From: a bacterium
GTDB lineage: Bacteria; UBA8248
Direction of reading: 5' to 3'
NCBI GenBank assembly: GCA_965213685.1
Contig: CBDBZY010000013.1
Location: 32,001-96,000, forward strand
Length of the DNA: 64,000 nucleotides
Shown: positions 28,750 through 38,761 of the stretch, in pieces
Numbering within the stretch: position 1 is the stretch's first letter
Layout of the letters: each line of letters starts with the position of its first letter
Notes under the pieces: model-generated
Database searches by the model: none
What the model was told of the DNA's origin: nothing
Seen by the model: the letters and a program-made list of their open reading frames with translations, nothing else
Made by a program: the position numbers and the translations under genes

Positions 28750-28775
28750 TCGCTTGCGCAAAAAATCACAAGCGA
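28750..28775. promoter_or_regulatory. Palindromic operator upstream of nadA (Rex-box-like)
   Basis: Minus strand TCGC-TTGTGATTTTTTGCGCAA-GCGA; the 18-bp core has 3 mismatches to TTGTGAA-N4-TTCACAA. Confidence 0.45.
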
Positions 28776-29181
28776 GGGAAAAATAATAAGTCCTCGGTCC
28801 GGTCTACGCAACCCACCTCTGAGGATGAAGCCTCACGCGGCCCACGCCATTTTTCTCCTTGAGGTCTTCTCCGCGAGTCCGCCGCTTCTCGCGCGCATCC
28901 GACCCATTATTTCATGATTTGTATGCGCAAGCAAAATAGAAGTGGCGAGAGACTATGATTTTTCTTGCCGAGCGGCATTCTTTTTGTTAGGTTTCATAAT
29001 CAGGGTTTTCCCTTTAAGGATGGGAAAACAACGGGCGGGGCGCGTCTTTCCGTTCATGGAATCGCACTTGTGGGTCGCCGGAGGAGACGACCCGTTTTTT
29101 GTTTCCCTGGCCGGCCGGTGCGCGGCTCCTCCGGCCGCGTCCGTTTCGCGCGAGGAAATCGGCGGTTTTGGGGAATCCATC

Positions 29182-29370
29182 ATGACCCGCGGCGTGGTCT
29201 GGTTGCTGGGCGCATTGATTCTGTCGGGTCTTTTGATTTTTGCGCTGCGGGGGATTTGCTCCAACGCATCCGCGTTTCCAACGCTAACCGGATATTTTTG
29301 TCCCGGGCCCAGGTTGAAAGGGATGACAACTCCACCGCGTCCCGCGTCCAGGAAGGTGGACAGACAATAG
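29182..29370 (+). CDS. Small single-TM hypothetical protein
   Basis: MTRGVVWLLGALILSGLLIFAL hydrophobic N-terminus, two Cys; weak RBS. Confidence 0.4.
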   Translation: MTRGVVWLLGALILSGLLIFALRGICSNASAFPTLTGYFCPGPRLKGMTTPPRPASRKVDRQ

Positions 29371-29413
29371 GCCGGATCAGCCCGGGCCGGGAAGCTCTCA
29401 GAAAGGTGAGGTT

Positions 29414-30811
29414 ATGACGGATTCAGATTCTCTCATCACGGACGCCATCGTCGAGTTTGTCCTGGAGACGGAATATGAGGATGTGCCGGAAGACGTAAGG
29501 GTCATCATGCGCCGGTGCTTCGTGGACGGGATCGGCCTGATGGTTGCGGGCTCTACGGAGGAGAGCGGCCGCATCATGCAGAACTATCTCCGGGAGATCG
29601 GGGGAGAGCCGGAGGCGCGGGTCATCGGAACCGGCATGACGGTGCCCGCCCACCTTGCCGCCTTGGCGAACGGGGTCGCGGGCCACGCGATGGATTATGA
29701 CGATACGCAGCTGAGCAGCTATCCGGATCGCGTCTACGGCCTGCTGACGCATCCCACGTGCCCGGTGATGCCCGCAGCCCTCGCCCTTGCGGAGGCCTTG
29801 GGCTCCACCGGCCAGGAGCTGCTCACCGCGTTCGCCTTGGGCTTCGAGGTCGAATGCAAGGTGGCGGAGGCGATTCTGCCGGATCACTATGTCAAGGGGT
29901 TTCACTCCACGGGCACCATCGGCGCCATCGGCGCGGCGACCGCCGCGGCCAAGCTGATGAGGCTGGACGAGGCCCAGTTGCGCATGTGCTACGGCATCGC
30001 CTGCTCGGAGAGCGCGGGCCTTCGGGCGAATTTTGGAACCATGACGAAGCCCTACCACTGCGGCCGCGCGGCGGAGAACGGCGTGGTGGCGGCGCGCCTG
30101 GCGGCCGGCGGCTATTCTTCCGACCCCACGATATTTGACGGGCGGTGGGGGTTTTTCCAGATCATGGGCGGGGGCTGCGACCGGGATTATATCGTCGGCA
30201 AGCTCGGCAACGACTGGTCGGCGGTGGATCCGGGGGTTTCCATCAAGCCCTACCCTTGCGGCTCCCTCTCGCACCCCGCCATGGACGCCGCCAGGGACCT
30301 GATTCTGGAAAACGACATACGGCACGAACAGGTCAAGGAGCTGCGCTTCGGCACCACCGCGCGCGTGCTGGAGCCGCTGCGCTACAAGGAGCCGCAGAAT
30401 GAACTGGAGGCGAAATTCTCCTTGCAGTTTGGTTTCGCCGTCTTGCTGCTCGAGCGCGCGGCCGGCATCGCCCAATACAAGGACGAAGTCGTCCGCCGCC
30501 CCGACGTCGTGGAGATGATGAAGAAGGTCCACGCTTTCAAGGACGATGAAATCGAGGCACAGGGATACGCCCTGATTCGCGGCAAGGTGGAGATAGAACT
30601 CGAAGACGGCGCGGTGTACGAGAAAATGTCCGAAATTTCCCGCGGCACTCCCCAGCGGCCGATGGATCGCGAGGAGCTTTTCGAGAAGTTCACCGAATGC
30701 GCCGGCCTGGTGTACGGGAGCGAGCAGATCGCCAGGCTGGAGGCGATGCTCTACAAGATCGATACGGCGGAGAACATTCACGGCCTCATCGAACTGCTGG
30801 GCGAAGGATAA
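29414..30811 (+). CDS. MmgE/PrpD family protein
   Basis: ANGVAGHAMDYDD, HP, GFHSTG, GTMTKPYH, KPYPCG..H. Confidence 0.95.
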   Translation: MTDSDSLITDAIVEFVLETEYEDVPEDVRVIMRRCFVDGIGLMVAGSTEESGRIMQNYLREIGGEPEARVIGTGMTVPAHLAALANGVAGHAMDYDDTQLSSYPDRVYGLLTHPTCPVMPAALALAEALGSTGQELLTAFALGFEVECKVAEAILPDHYVKGFHSTGTIGAIGAATAAAKLMRLDEAQLRMCYGIACSESAGLRANFGTMTKPYHCGRAAENGVVAARLAAGGYSSDPTIFDGRWGFFQIMGGGCDRDYIVGKLGNDWSAVDPGVSIKPYPCGSLSHPAMDAARDLILENDIRHEQVKELRFGTTARVLEPLRYKEPQNELEAKFSLQFGFAVLLLERAAGIAQYKDEVVRRPDVVEMMKKVHAFKDDEIEAQGYALIRGKVEIELEDGAVYEKMSEISRGTPQRPMDREELFEKFTECAGLVYGSEQIARLEAMLYKIDTAENIHGLIELLGEG

Positions 30812-30864
30812 GAGGCGAAGCGATTCTCCCTTGTCGGACGGCGCGTGTTTCGTCCGGGAGGGGG

Positions 30865-31293
30865 GTGGCGGATGACGGGACAAAGGAGAGACGATTGGGC
30901 TTTCATCGGTGGGAAGAGGTTCCCGAGACCCAGAACCTCCGCAAGGGCACCATGCGCCGGGCGGTCGCGCTCGACGGCTTGACGATGCAGCGCGGCGAGA
31001 TATCGCCCGGCACGACGTTCGATGAGCGCACGATTCATCGCCATCCGGAGGATCAGTTTATCGTCCTGCTCGAGGGCAGGCTGCGGCTGCGCATCGACGG
31101 CGCGGAGGAGTGGCTGGAGCCCGGCGGGTTCGCCGCCATACCCGGCGGCGCGTTCCACAGCGCGACGGGCGTGGGGCGCGAGGGCGCGAAATACGTCGAA
31201 ATCCTCTCCGGGGGCCGCATCGACTATTTGCCCGGCTATCTGGGCGCGCCCCGAAACGAATTCTTGCATGAGCAGAAAAGCGGGGAGCGATGA
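30865..31293 (+). CDS. Cupin domain protein
   Basis: HRHPEDQ..LLEG..IPGGAFHS. Confidence 0.85.
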   Translation: MADDGTKERRLGFHRWEEVPETQNLRKGTMRRAVALDGLTMQRGEISPGTTFDERTIHRHPEDQFIVLLEGRLRLRIDGAEEWLEPGGFAAIPGGAFHSATGVGREGAKYVEILSGGRIDYLPGYLGAPRNEFLHEQKSGER

Positions 31294-31682
31294 CGAAAGA
31301 GGCGAGGCGCATTTTTGTCGTTTGCGCGGACTTGATGTTCTCCGCCGGGATTCGGGAGGCGGGAGCCTCCCGGGGCGTGACGCTGGAGTTCATCGATTCG
31401 AAAGAGAAATTTCAGGAGGCACTCGCGCATTTTCGCGCGCCGTTGCTCCTGGCGGATTTGCATCACCATGCGTTGGGCGGGGATCGGGCGGGCGAGCTCG
31501 TCGCCGCGCTGAGGGCCAGCGAGAAAAACGCGCGGACGTACGCCGTCGCCTGGGGCAAGCATACCGAACCGGGGCTGCTCCGCTCGGCGGAGCGGGCGGG
31601 GTTCGACAAGGCGATGCCGCGCTCCTTGTTCGTGAGGGAAATGCCCGAACTCGTTCGGCGCGCCGCGGCGAGCGGAATTTGA
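31290..31682 (+). CDS. Receiver-like hypothetical protein
   Basis: DLMFS..LLLADL..WGKH..AERAGFD..PRS pattern; overlapping starts and stops. Confidence 0.65.
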   Translation: MTKEARRIFVVCADLMFSAGIREAGASRGVTLEFIDSKEKFQEALAHFRAPLLLADLHHHALGGDRAGELVAALRASEKNARTYAVAWGKHTEPGLLRSAERAGFDKAMPRSLFVREMPELVRRAAASGI

Positions 31683-32032
31683 GCGGGCGCACGACGCCCC
31701 GTCCCGAGGGAGGGAGGCCCAACCCGGAGGCGTGCGACGGCTCCCTCGTCTGGTGGGTGGGCGTGCCGACGTCGGAGCAGAACTATTTGCAGGCGGTGCT
31801 GGAAGGCTATGATGATTTAGGATACTACCAGACGTTCCGCTCCGGTGCCGGGAAAAACGAGGGGGAGCAGCCCATCTCGCTTGCGCGGCTGACCTCCTCC
31901 GTCGATGCGCGGGCGGAAGCGGAAGCGCTTCTCGATGCGCTCTCTGAAGAAGTGAATCTCCACATCCTGGACGTCACCCCTCCGTTCGGCTCTGCGGAAC
32001 AGCCCCGATCCATAGCGGACGCCTCCGGCTAG
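31679..32032 (+). CDS. Hypothetical protein (DUF4911-like)
   Basis: VPTSEQNYLQAVLEGYDDLG; TTG overlaps the previous stop. Confidence 0.5.
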   Translation: MSGRTTPRPEGGRPNPEACDGSLVWWVGVPTSEQNYLQAVLEGYDDLGYYQTFRSGAGKNEGEQPISLARLTSSVDARAEAEALLDALSEEVNLHILDVTPPFGSAEQPRSIADASG

Positions 32033-32094
32033 ACGGGGGGGAGGCTCGTCCGCGCGATCGTTCCCTTGCCTGTCCGCGGGGCGGGAGAGAAGAG

Positions 32095-32946
32095 ATGGCA
32101 GGCGGGCACTCCCCGTTTTTCCGGAAGGCTTCGGTGGTCTTGCTCGCTCTGGGGGTTTGGGCGAACTCCCAGGCGGCGGAGCGCCTGAAGCTGGCGACCA
32201 CGACGAGCACGGAGAATTCCGGCCTCCTGGCCCAGTTGCATCCGGCGTTCGAGAAAAGGCACGGCGTTCTCGTGCATACGATATCGGTGGGCACGGGGAA
32301 GGCGCTGCGATTGGGCCGGAATGGCGACGTGGACGTCGTGCTCGTCCACGCCAGGAAGGCGGAAGATGCGTTTGTGGCCCAAGGCTACGGCGTTCGCAGA
32401 AGATCGGTCATGTACAACGATTTTGTGATCGTCGGCCCGGCTTCCGACCCCGCCGGTGTGTTCCGGACGCGCAACGTCTACGAGGCGTTGCGGAGAATCC
32501 GCAATTCCCGAAGCCTTTGGTTCAGCAGAGGGGACGACTCCGGGACCCACAAGAAGGAGATGGCGCTCTGGAGGGACGCCGGCGTCGCCGCCTTCGGCCC
32601 CTGGCATCGCGCCCTGGGCCAGGGAATGGGCAGGACGCTGATGGCGGCGGACGAGAAGGGCGGATACGCGATGACGGACAGGGGCACCTACATCGCCCTC
32701 CTCTCCAAGGGGAGGGTTGCGCTCCGGATCCAGGGGCCGAGGGGAGAGCGTCTGCATAACCCCTACAGCGTGATCGCCGTGAACCCCAGGCGTCACCCGC
32801 ACGTGCGGTTCGACCTGGCGGCGAAATATATCGACTTCCTCACCTCCGCCGAGGGGCAGGGGATCATCCGGGATTTTCGGCTCATGGGGAAAGCCCTCTT
32901 TTATCCGGGCGCGAAGAGAAATCCGGGCGCGAAGAGAACGCCTTGA
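32095..32946 (+). CDS. tupA: Tungstate ABC transporter substrate-binding protein
   Basis: ATTTSTENSGLL, GTGKAL, MYNDF, SRGDDSGTH. Confidence 0.93.
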   Translation: MAGGHSPFFRKASVVLLALGVWANSQAAERLKLATTTSTENSGLLAQLHPAFEKRHGVLVHTISVGTGKALRLGRNGDVDVVLVHARKAEDAFVAQGYGVRRRSVMYNDFVIVGPASDPAGVFRTRNVYEALRRIRNSRSLWFSRGDDSGTHKKEMALWRDAGVAAFGPWHRALGQGMGRTLMAADEKGGYAMTDRGTYIALLSKGRVALRIQGPRGERLHNPYSVIAVNPRRHPHVRFDLAAKYIDFLTSAEGQGIIRDFRLMGKALFYPGAKRNPGAKRTP

Positions 32947-32970
32947 AGGGTTGATGCGGGGGGCGGTGCC

Positions 32971-33657
32971 TTGGAATATCTGCTCGACGGGTTTGGCGAT
33001 GGCTTGATGCGGGTGCTGAGAGCGGACCCCCATGTCATGCGCGCCGCCTGGGTAACCGTCAAGGTGGGGTTTCTGGCCACGATTCTCGCGTCCTGCCTGG
33101 GCTTGCCCGCAGGCTTTTTCATGGCGACGGCCCGCTTCCGGGGGCGCGGGATCGCCATCACCATGCTTCAGACGTCGCTCGGTTTCCCCACCGTCGTCAT
33201 CGGGCTGCTCGTGTATGGCCTCATCTCCCGGCGGGGCCCCCTGGGATTTGCCGACCTGCTGTTCACTCCGTCGGCCATCGTCATCGGGCTGGTCGTGCTG
33301 GCGGTTCCCCTGGTGGCGGTATTCTCCATGACGTCCGTCGCGTCCGTGGACGGCAGGGTGCGGGAAACGGCGCTCACCCTGGGCGCCTCCGGCGGGATGG
33401 TGGCGTGGACGGTGCTGCGCGAGGTGCGCTTCGGGATGGTCGCGGCGGTGCTGGCGGCGTTTGGCCGCGTGTCCTCGGAGGTGGGCATCGCCATGATGCT
33501 CGGAGGGAACATCGAGGGATACACCCGAACCCTGACCACCGCCATCGCCCTCGAGAGCATGAAAGGAGAGTTCGGCTTCGGGGTCGCGCTCGGCGTCGTC
33601 CTCCTGCTGATTGTCCTGCTCGTGAATTTGCTTTCCCGCTGCGCGCAGAGGTCCTGA
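32971..33657 (+). CDS. tupB: Tungstate ABC transporter permease
   Basis: PTVVIGL, RRGPLG, FGRVSSEVG..GGNIEGYTRTLTTAIALE. Confidence 0.93.
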   Translation: MEYLLDGFGDGLMRVLRADPHVMRAAWVTVKVGFLATILASCLGLPAGFFMATARFRGRGIAITMLQTSLGFPTVVIGLLVYGLISRRGPLGFADLLFTPSAIVIGLVVLAVPLVAVFSMTSVASVDGRVRETALTLGASGGMVAWTVLREVRFGMVAAVLAAFGRVSSEVGIAMMLGGNIEGYTRTLTTAIALESMKGEFGFGVALGVVLLLIVLLVNLLSRCAQRS

Positions 33658-33658
33658 C

Positions 33659-34309
33659 GTGGGCGCGTTTCTTCTCGAGAACGTGAAGTTTCGCTTCGCG
33701 TCGGACCTGGTTCTGGACGTGGACAGGCTGGAGGTTCCATCCGGCGGGGTGACGCTGCTCACCGGAGCGAACGGTTCCGGGAAAACGACCCTGCTGCGCG
33801 TGATGGCGGGCCTGCTCGCACCCGAGGCCGGCGCCGTCGCCTATCGGGGCGAACCCGTCCTTTTCGGCAAGCGCGGACTCGCCCACAGGAGGAGGGTTAC
33901 GCTCCTCTCGCAGGATCCCTATCTTTTTCAGGGAACCGTTCTTCGGAACGTCGCCTATGGGCCCCGGGCGCGGGGGATGGGCGCGTCGCGGGCGAACGAC
34001 GAGGCCCGGGAGGCCATCCTCCGAACGCGCTGCGAAGGCCTGGCGGACCGGGACGCCGCGAAACTCTCCGGCGGGGAGAGAAAGCGCGTCGCCCTCGCCC
34101 GGGCGTTGGCGGCGGGGGCGGAAACCCTGCTTCTGGATGAGCCCACCTCCTATGTGGACGAGGAGAACAGCGCCCTCATCCTCGGGATGATCGAGGATTT
34201 GGCCGCCTCGGGAGTCACGTTGGTCGTGAGTACCCACACGCAGGGATGGGCGGGTTCTCTCGCGGTGCGCAGCGTGCGGCTCGCGTATGGCAGGGTGGCG
34301 CGGGCTTAG
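33659..34309 (+). CDS. tupC: Tungstate ABC transporter ATP-binding protein
   Basis: GANGSGKT, LSGGE, LLLDEP; in operon with tupAB. Confidence 0.9.
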   Translation: MGAFLLENVKFRFASDLVLDVDRLEVPSGGVTLLTGANGSGKTTLLRVMAGLLAPEAGAVAYRGEPVLFGKRGLAHRRRVTLLSQDPYLFQGTVLRNVAYGPRARGMGASRANDEAREAILRTRCEGLADRDAAKLSGGERKRVALARALAAGAETLLLDEPTSYVDEENSALILGMIEDLAASGVTLVVSTHTQGWAGSLAVRSVRLAYGRVARA

Positions 34310-35061
34310 GGCAATTCGCTCTCGTCGGCGTGGTGGGCGTCGCCGAACAGGTCGGCCTCGAGGGGGCCTCCGCCCCAGACGGGATGGCGCCTGCGATAAT
34401 AGTCCACCAGTCCCGCCCCGAACATTTCGGGACGGGCATAATCCGTCGGCTGCCTTTGAGAGCGGTGACACGCCTGTGCCCGCAGCCTCGCATCGGGAAA
34501 TTGTCTGCCGTCGAGGACAGTCGTGTAGTCGCTCCGATGGGCGAGGTCGGGGCGATTCAAAAGGGCGCGCCTTTTCTCCGGCGACGTTCGGTGGTAGAGG
34601 CGCCCGGGAGCGTCGGCCGGGCTTTCTCGCCTCAGCTGATGGAACGCTCCGCTCGTCCAGCGGCCAACGGCGACGTGATCGGGATGTCCGGTGACGCCGT
34701 CCTCGCCGTATGTCACGACGACGTCGGGCGAGAAGGTTCGGATGAAGTCTGCGATGCGGGGCAGAATGGCGGAATCCTCCACCGCCCCCAATCCGCCGTC
34801 GGGGTAGTTCCAGAGCTCCAGACGTTCCACGCCGAGCACCCGGCAGGCGTCTCTCAGCTCCGCCTCCCGAACGGCGCCCAGCTCATGGGGCTGGCATACG
34901 CCGTTCGTGCGGCCCGCCTCTCCCCGCGTGAGGGTGAGGAGCCCCATCCGTATCCCCTGGCTCGCGCAGAGCGCGAACGTGGCGGGATTGCCAAAGGACT
35001 CGTCGTCGGGGTGCGCATACACGTGCAGAATGGCGCGCTGGGAGTTCGAAGCGTTCGTCAT
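34306..35061 (-). CDS. PIG-L/LmbE family deacetylase
   Basis: AHPDDE, TRGEAG, GHPDH, HRSQ. Confidence 0.92.
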   Translation of the reverse strand: MTNASNSQRAILHVYAHPDDESFGNPATFALCASQGIRMGLLTLTRGEAGRTNGVCQPHELGAVREAELRDACRVLGVERLELWNYPDGGLGAVEDSAILPRIADFIRTFSPDVVVTYGEDGVTGHPDHVAVGRWTSGAFHQLRRESPADAPGRLYHRTSPEKRRALLNRPDLAHRSDYTTVLDGRQFPDARLRAQACHRSQRQPTDYARPEMFGAGLVDYYRRRHPVWGGGPLEADLFGDAHHADESELP

Positions 35062-35313
35062 TATGGCGCGGATGCGGGCGGGCGGTCTCCGTGGAACCAG
35101 GGCGCGCCATGGTATCATCTCCCAAGGATGACGCAAGAACGGTCGTTCCGGTTGCGCGCCTCTTCCCGTGCCGGCTTCCCTTGCCCCGCGCCTTTGTTTG
35201 GTTTAGTATGAAAACTTCGGATTCCCTGAAATTTGGTGCCATGCAGGCCGAGATTCGGGCCCGCGCCGGTGGACGGGCCGCAAAGCCATTTTCCATTACA
35301 AGGAGTCGGTATT

Positions 35314-36471
35314 GTGGAGTTGACGATTTCGAGGGATATGCTGCTCAAGGCCCTTCAAACGGTGCAGGGCGTCGTGGAAAGCAGAAGCAGCGCGATGCCC
35401 ATCCTGCAAAATGTGCTGATCGAGACCGAAGGCGAGAAGAACATCCGCCTGCTGGGCACGAATCTCGACATCAGCATGCGGGGCATGTTTGAGGCCGGGG
35501 TGGAGAAGGCGGGCAAGGTTACGCTCAGCGCCCGGAAGTTGTTCGACATCGTCCGGGAGCTTCCCGACTCCGAGATTCGCTTGACCGAAGAGGACGGGCA
35601 GTGGATACGGATGCGCTGCAGGCGTTCCAACGTTCGCTTCCCGGGGCTGCCGCCGGCGGACTTTCCGACCCTTCCGGTTCCCGAGGAATCCAAGACGCGC
35701 CCGGTCGCCGCTCCGGTTTTGCTCGAGATGATCCGCAAGACGATGTTCTCGATATCCCAGGACGAGACGCGCTATACCTACAACGGCGTTTTCATGGAGA
35801 CCGACGCCGACTCCATGCGCCTCGTCGCCACGGACGGCCACCGGCTGGCGATGATTGAGCGCGCGGGCGGCGGGCTGGCGCTTGACGAGGGAGTCATCGT
35901 CCACAAGAAGGCCTTGGGAGAGCTCGTGAAGCTCCTGCAGGGCGTGGAGGGCGATGTGTCCGTGTCCCTCACCAACGTCCCGAGTCCTTCGGGCATCGGC
36001 TTTCCCGAAGGGGAGGCGTCCGGCTTCCAGCCCCCGAACCACATCATTTTCCAGGTGGGGGACGTGGCGCTGTCGGCGCGGTTGATAGACGGCGAGTTTC
36101 CGAAATACAGACAAGTCATCCCGGACAACAACGAGCACTCCGTTCTGATGAACCGGGGGAGCCTGACGCAGGCGCTCCGGCGCGTCTCCCTTTTCGCCAA
36201 CGAAACGGGCATGGTGAAGTTCGAGTTCTCTCCCGGGCAGTTGCGGCTGACGGCGCACGGCTCGGAGGCGGGGGAGGCCGAGGAGGTCATGGAGTCGGAC
36301 GCGCAGACGGAGCTCACGATCGGCTTCAACGCGAGGTATTGTCTCGACGCGCTCTCCGTGCTGGAGGAGGAGCAGGTTTGCATGGAGCTGAAGGATTCCC
36401 TGAGTCCCGGGATGCTCCGTCCCAAGGACGCAGACGGCTATGTCTATGTCGTGATGCCGATGCGCGTCTGA
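35314..36471 (+). CDS. dnaN: DNA polymerase III beta clamp
   Basis: PILQNVL, ATDGHRLA, RLIDGEFPKYRQVIP, IGFNARY, VVMPMRV; GTG after AAGGAG. Confidence 0.97.
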   Translation: MELTISRDMLLKALQTVQGVVESRSSAMPILQNVLIETEGEKNIRLLGTNLDISMRGMFEAGVEKAGKVTLSARKLFDIVRELPDSEIRLTEEDGQWIRMRCRRSNVRFPGLPPADFPTLPVPEESKTRPVAAPVLLEMIRKTMFSISQDETRYTYNGVFMETDADSMRLVATDGHRLAMIERAGGGLALDEGVIVHKKALGELVKLLQGVEGDVSVSLTNVPSPSGIGFPEGEASGFQPPNHIIFQVGDVALSARLIDGEFPKYRQVIPDNNEHSVLMNRGSLTQALRRVSLFANETGMVKFEFSPGQLRLTAHGSEAGEAEEVMESDAQTELTIGFNARYCLDALSVLEEEQVCMELKDSLSPGMLRPKDADGYVYVVMPMRV

Positions 36472-36617
36472 GCACCCCCCTGGCCTCGCTTCGGCGGGTT
36501 TCCGGATTCGGGGCGGCGCGTTTTCCCGCCGGATGAGGATGTTTTCGCTGCCTGTCGCCTCCCGGGCGCCTCCCGAGACGGGGCGCGCCTGTGCTTTTCC
36601 GTTGCGGGTCCCACAAA

Positions 36618-37853
36618 ATGCGCTCGTATTTTTCAGAGGAGGCGAGCGAGAGCTCGGGCCGCTATTACGGCTGGGTGATCGTTGGCCTCACGTTTTTCAC
36701 CATGGCGGTCGGCGGCTCCATCGTCGGCACGTTTCCCGTGTTTTACGTGGCTTTTCTCGACGAGTTCGGCTGGTCGCGCGCGGACACCGCCCTCGCGTTC
36801 TCGTTTTCGATGGCCACTTTCGCGGTTTCCGCAGGCCCCATCGGCGCGATGGTGGACCGCTGGGGGCCGCGGGTGATCATGCCCGCGGGAATCGCCATTC
36901 TGGGCGCAGGCCTCGCCTTGATGTCGCTGGTTTCCAGTCTGCCCACCCTGTATTTTTTCTACGGCGGCGTCGTGGCCCTGGGCGTCACCATGTTCGGTTT
37001 TATCCCCACGAGCACCGTCGTCAGCCAATGGTTCGCGCAGCGCCGCTCCACGGCGATGGGAATATCGCTGTCCGGGAGGAGTTGCGGCGGCGTAGTCATG
37101 GTCCCGCTTTCCGCCTACCTCATCGCGGCTTTCGGGTGGCGCGCGGCCTATGCGGTTCTCGCCGTGGGCGTCATCGTCCTGCTCGTTCCCCTGAACGTGT
37201 TCTTGCACCGCGGCCGCACCCCGGCGCGAGAAAGAAAAACGGGCGACGCCCCCGGTGCCAACTGGACCTTGGGCGACGCCCTGGGCGACTGGGTTTTCTG
37301 GCTGTTGTTTCTGGCGGGGATGTTCCAGGGAATCGGCTTCAGCGTGGTGGGCGTCCACCAGGTCGCGCATATGGTGGACGTGGGGATCAGCCCGATTCGG
37401 GCGGCCTCGCTGATAGGCGCCCTGGGCGTGGTCCGGGCGCTGGGGGGCATTTTCGGCGGCTGGGCGGGGGACAGCCTGGGGCGCACCCGAACGTTCGCCC
37501 TGTTCAGCGTCCTGGCGATGCTGGGCGTTTCGATGCTGATTTCCGCCTCCGGGCGCCATGCGTGGCTGGGGTATGCGTATGTCCTGGTGTATGGAATCGG
37601 CGCCGGTGCCCGCGGAACGATTTTCGTATCCATCAAGGCGGACATCTTCCCCGGCGAAAACTTCGGGCGCATCCTCGGTTTCAGCCAGATGGGCGGGGGC
37701 CTGGCCTCGGCCGTGGGGCCCTGGCTCGCGGGGTATTTTTTTGACATCTGGAATAGCTACTACTGGGCCTTCATGCTCGTGCTGCTCGTTCAGGCGCTCT
37801 CGATCCTGGCGGTGCTGGCGGCGTCCTCGGGAGCGGGAAGAAGAAAGGGGTGA
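36618..37853 (+). CDS. MFS transporter (OFA/MCT-like)
   Basis: YYGW, DRWGPR, QWF..RR; about 12 TMs. Confidence 0.92.
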   Translation: MRSYFSEEASESSGRYYGWVIVGLTFFTMAVGGSIVGTFPVFYVAFLDEFGWSRADTALAFSFSMATFAVSAGPIGAMVDRWGPRVIMPAGIAILGAGLALMSLVSSLPTLYFFYGGVVALGVTMFGFIPTSTVVSQWFAQRRSTAMGISLSGRSCGGVVMVPLSAYLIAAFGWRAAYAVLAVGVIVLLVPLNVFLHRGRTPARERKTGDAPGANWTLGDALGDWVFWLLFLAGMFQGIGFSVVGVHQVAHMVDVGISPIRAASLIGALGVVRALGGIFGGWAGDSLGRTRTFALFSVLAMLGVSMLISASGRHAWLGYAYVLVYGIGAGARGTIFVSIKADIFPGENFGRILGFSQMGGGLASAVGPWLAGYFFDIWNSYYWAFMLVLLVQALSILAVLAASSGAGRRKG

Positions 37854-37979
37854 TCGTTCCGCGAGAGCGTCTTCCGGGCGCCCGCGCCCCCGCTGGTCCC
37901 GGACGGGGCGCCTTCTCTCCCGGCGTTGGGGGGAGGGAGGGAGCCGGAAAATCCCGAGAGAGGAAATCCCGGCCCCGGA

Positions 37980-38553
37980 TCAGGAAGCCGCCCCTTCCTT
38001 TTCGGCGATCATCAACTCTATCAAGGCGACGATGTTCTCCGGGGCGGTTTGCTCGATGTTCAGCGTGCCGTGGTAGATGGTGGAATCGGCGAAATCCACG
38101 TTGAAGAAGTATTGGGAGAACAGTCCCTGATCCCGGTCGGCGCGCTTGATGGTCTCCTCGGCGGCCGTTCTCGACACGCCGGACGACTCCATGAAATGGC
38201 GGATGCGCGCCTCCACGCTGCCGACGATTCGCAGGTGGAGGGCGTCGGTGCGCGCCCGGAGGAGCACCTGTCCCCCCCCACCCGCCGACCACGACGTCCC
38301 CCCTGTCCGCCGCCTCGTTCATGGCTTCGGACAAAACCTCCCGCAGGCGGTCTTTTTTCACGCCGAACGTACGCTCGAGAATCGTCGGGGCGCGCCCTTC
38401 GATTTTCTCCAGATCCAGGTTCAGGCCTTTCCGGTTGCAGGCCTCGACGAATTCCTCTCGCCCCAGAAAATCATGGCGCAACTTTTCGGCGAGCTGGCGC
38501 GCGATGAAAATTCCGCCGGTCCCGTACTGGCGGGAGATGGTGATGACGGCCAT
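37980..38553 (-). CDS. Cytidylate kinase-like family protein; +1 frameshift in a G8 run at 38272-38279
   Basis: VITISRQYGTGG..VVVGGWGG | QVLL..HLRIVGS..R..D..YF. One extra G separates the frames. Confidence 0.82.
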
Positions 38554-38761
38554 GTGAAATCTCCTTTTCCAGGAGTGCGATTTTCAGAATACTCCCTCCT
38601 CTTCCATCCTATCAAAGATGCGCGCTCCATACGACCACCGCCCGTGGCGGCCCGTTCTCCGCCGCCGCCCTCCCCCCTGGGCCGGGGTGAGCGATGGCGC
38701 GAAGGTGGTGTATGCTGTGGCGGAACGGCTCCGGCGAACCCGTATCGATGGTTAGCGAGGG

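Noticed and set aside
28801-28840. NAD+-I riboswitch upstream of nadA
   Set aside because: Only a short GGCTTCA resemblance; I could not build the conserved core by eye.
32903-32938. 18-bp tandem duplication at the tupA 3' end
   Set aside because: In-frame duplication in a disordered tail; likely neutral slippage.
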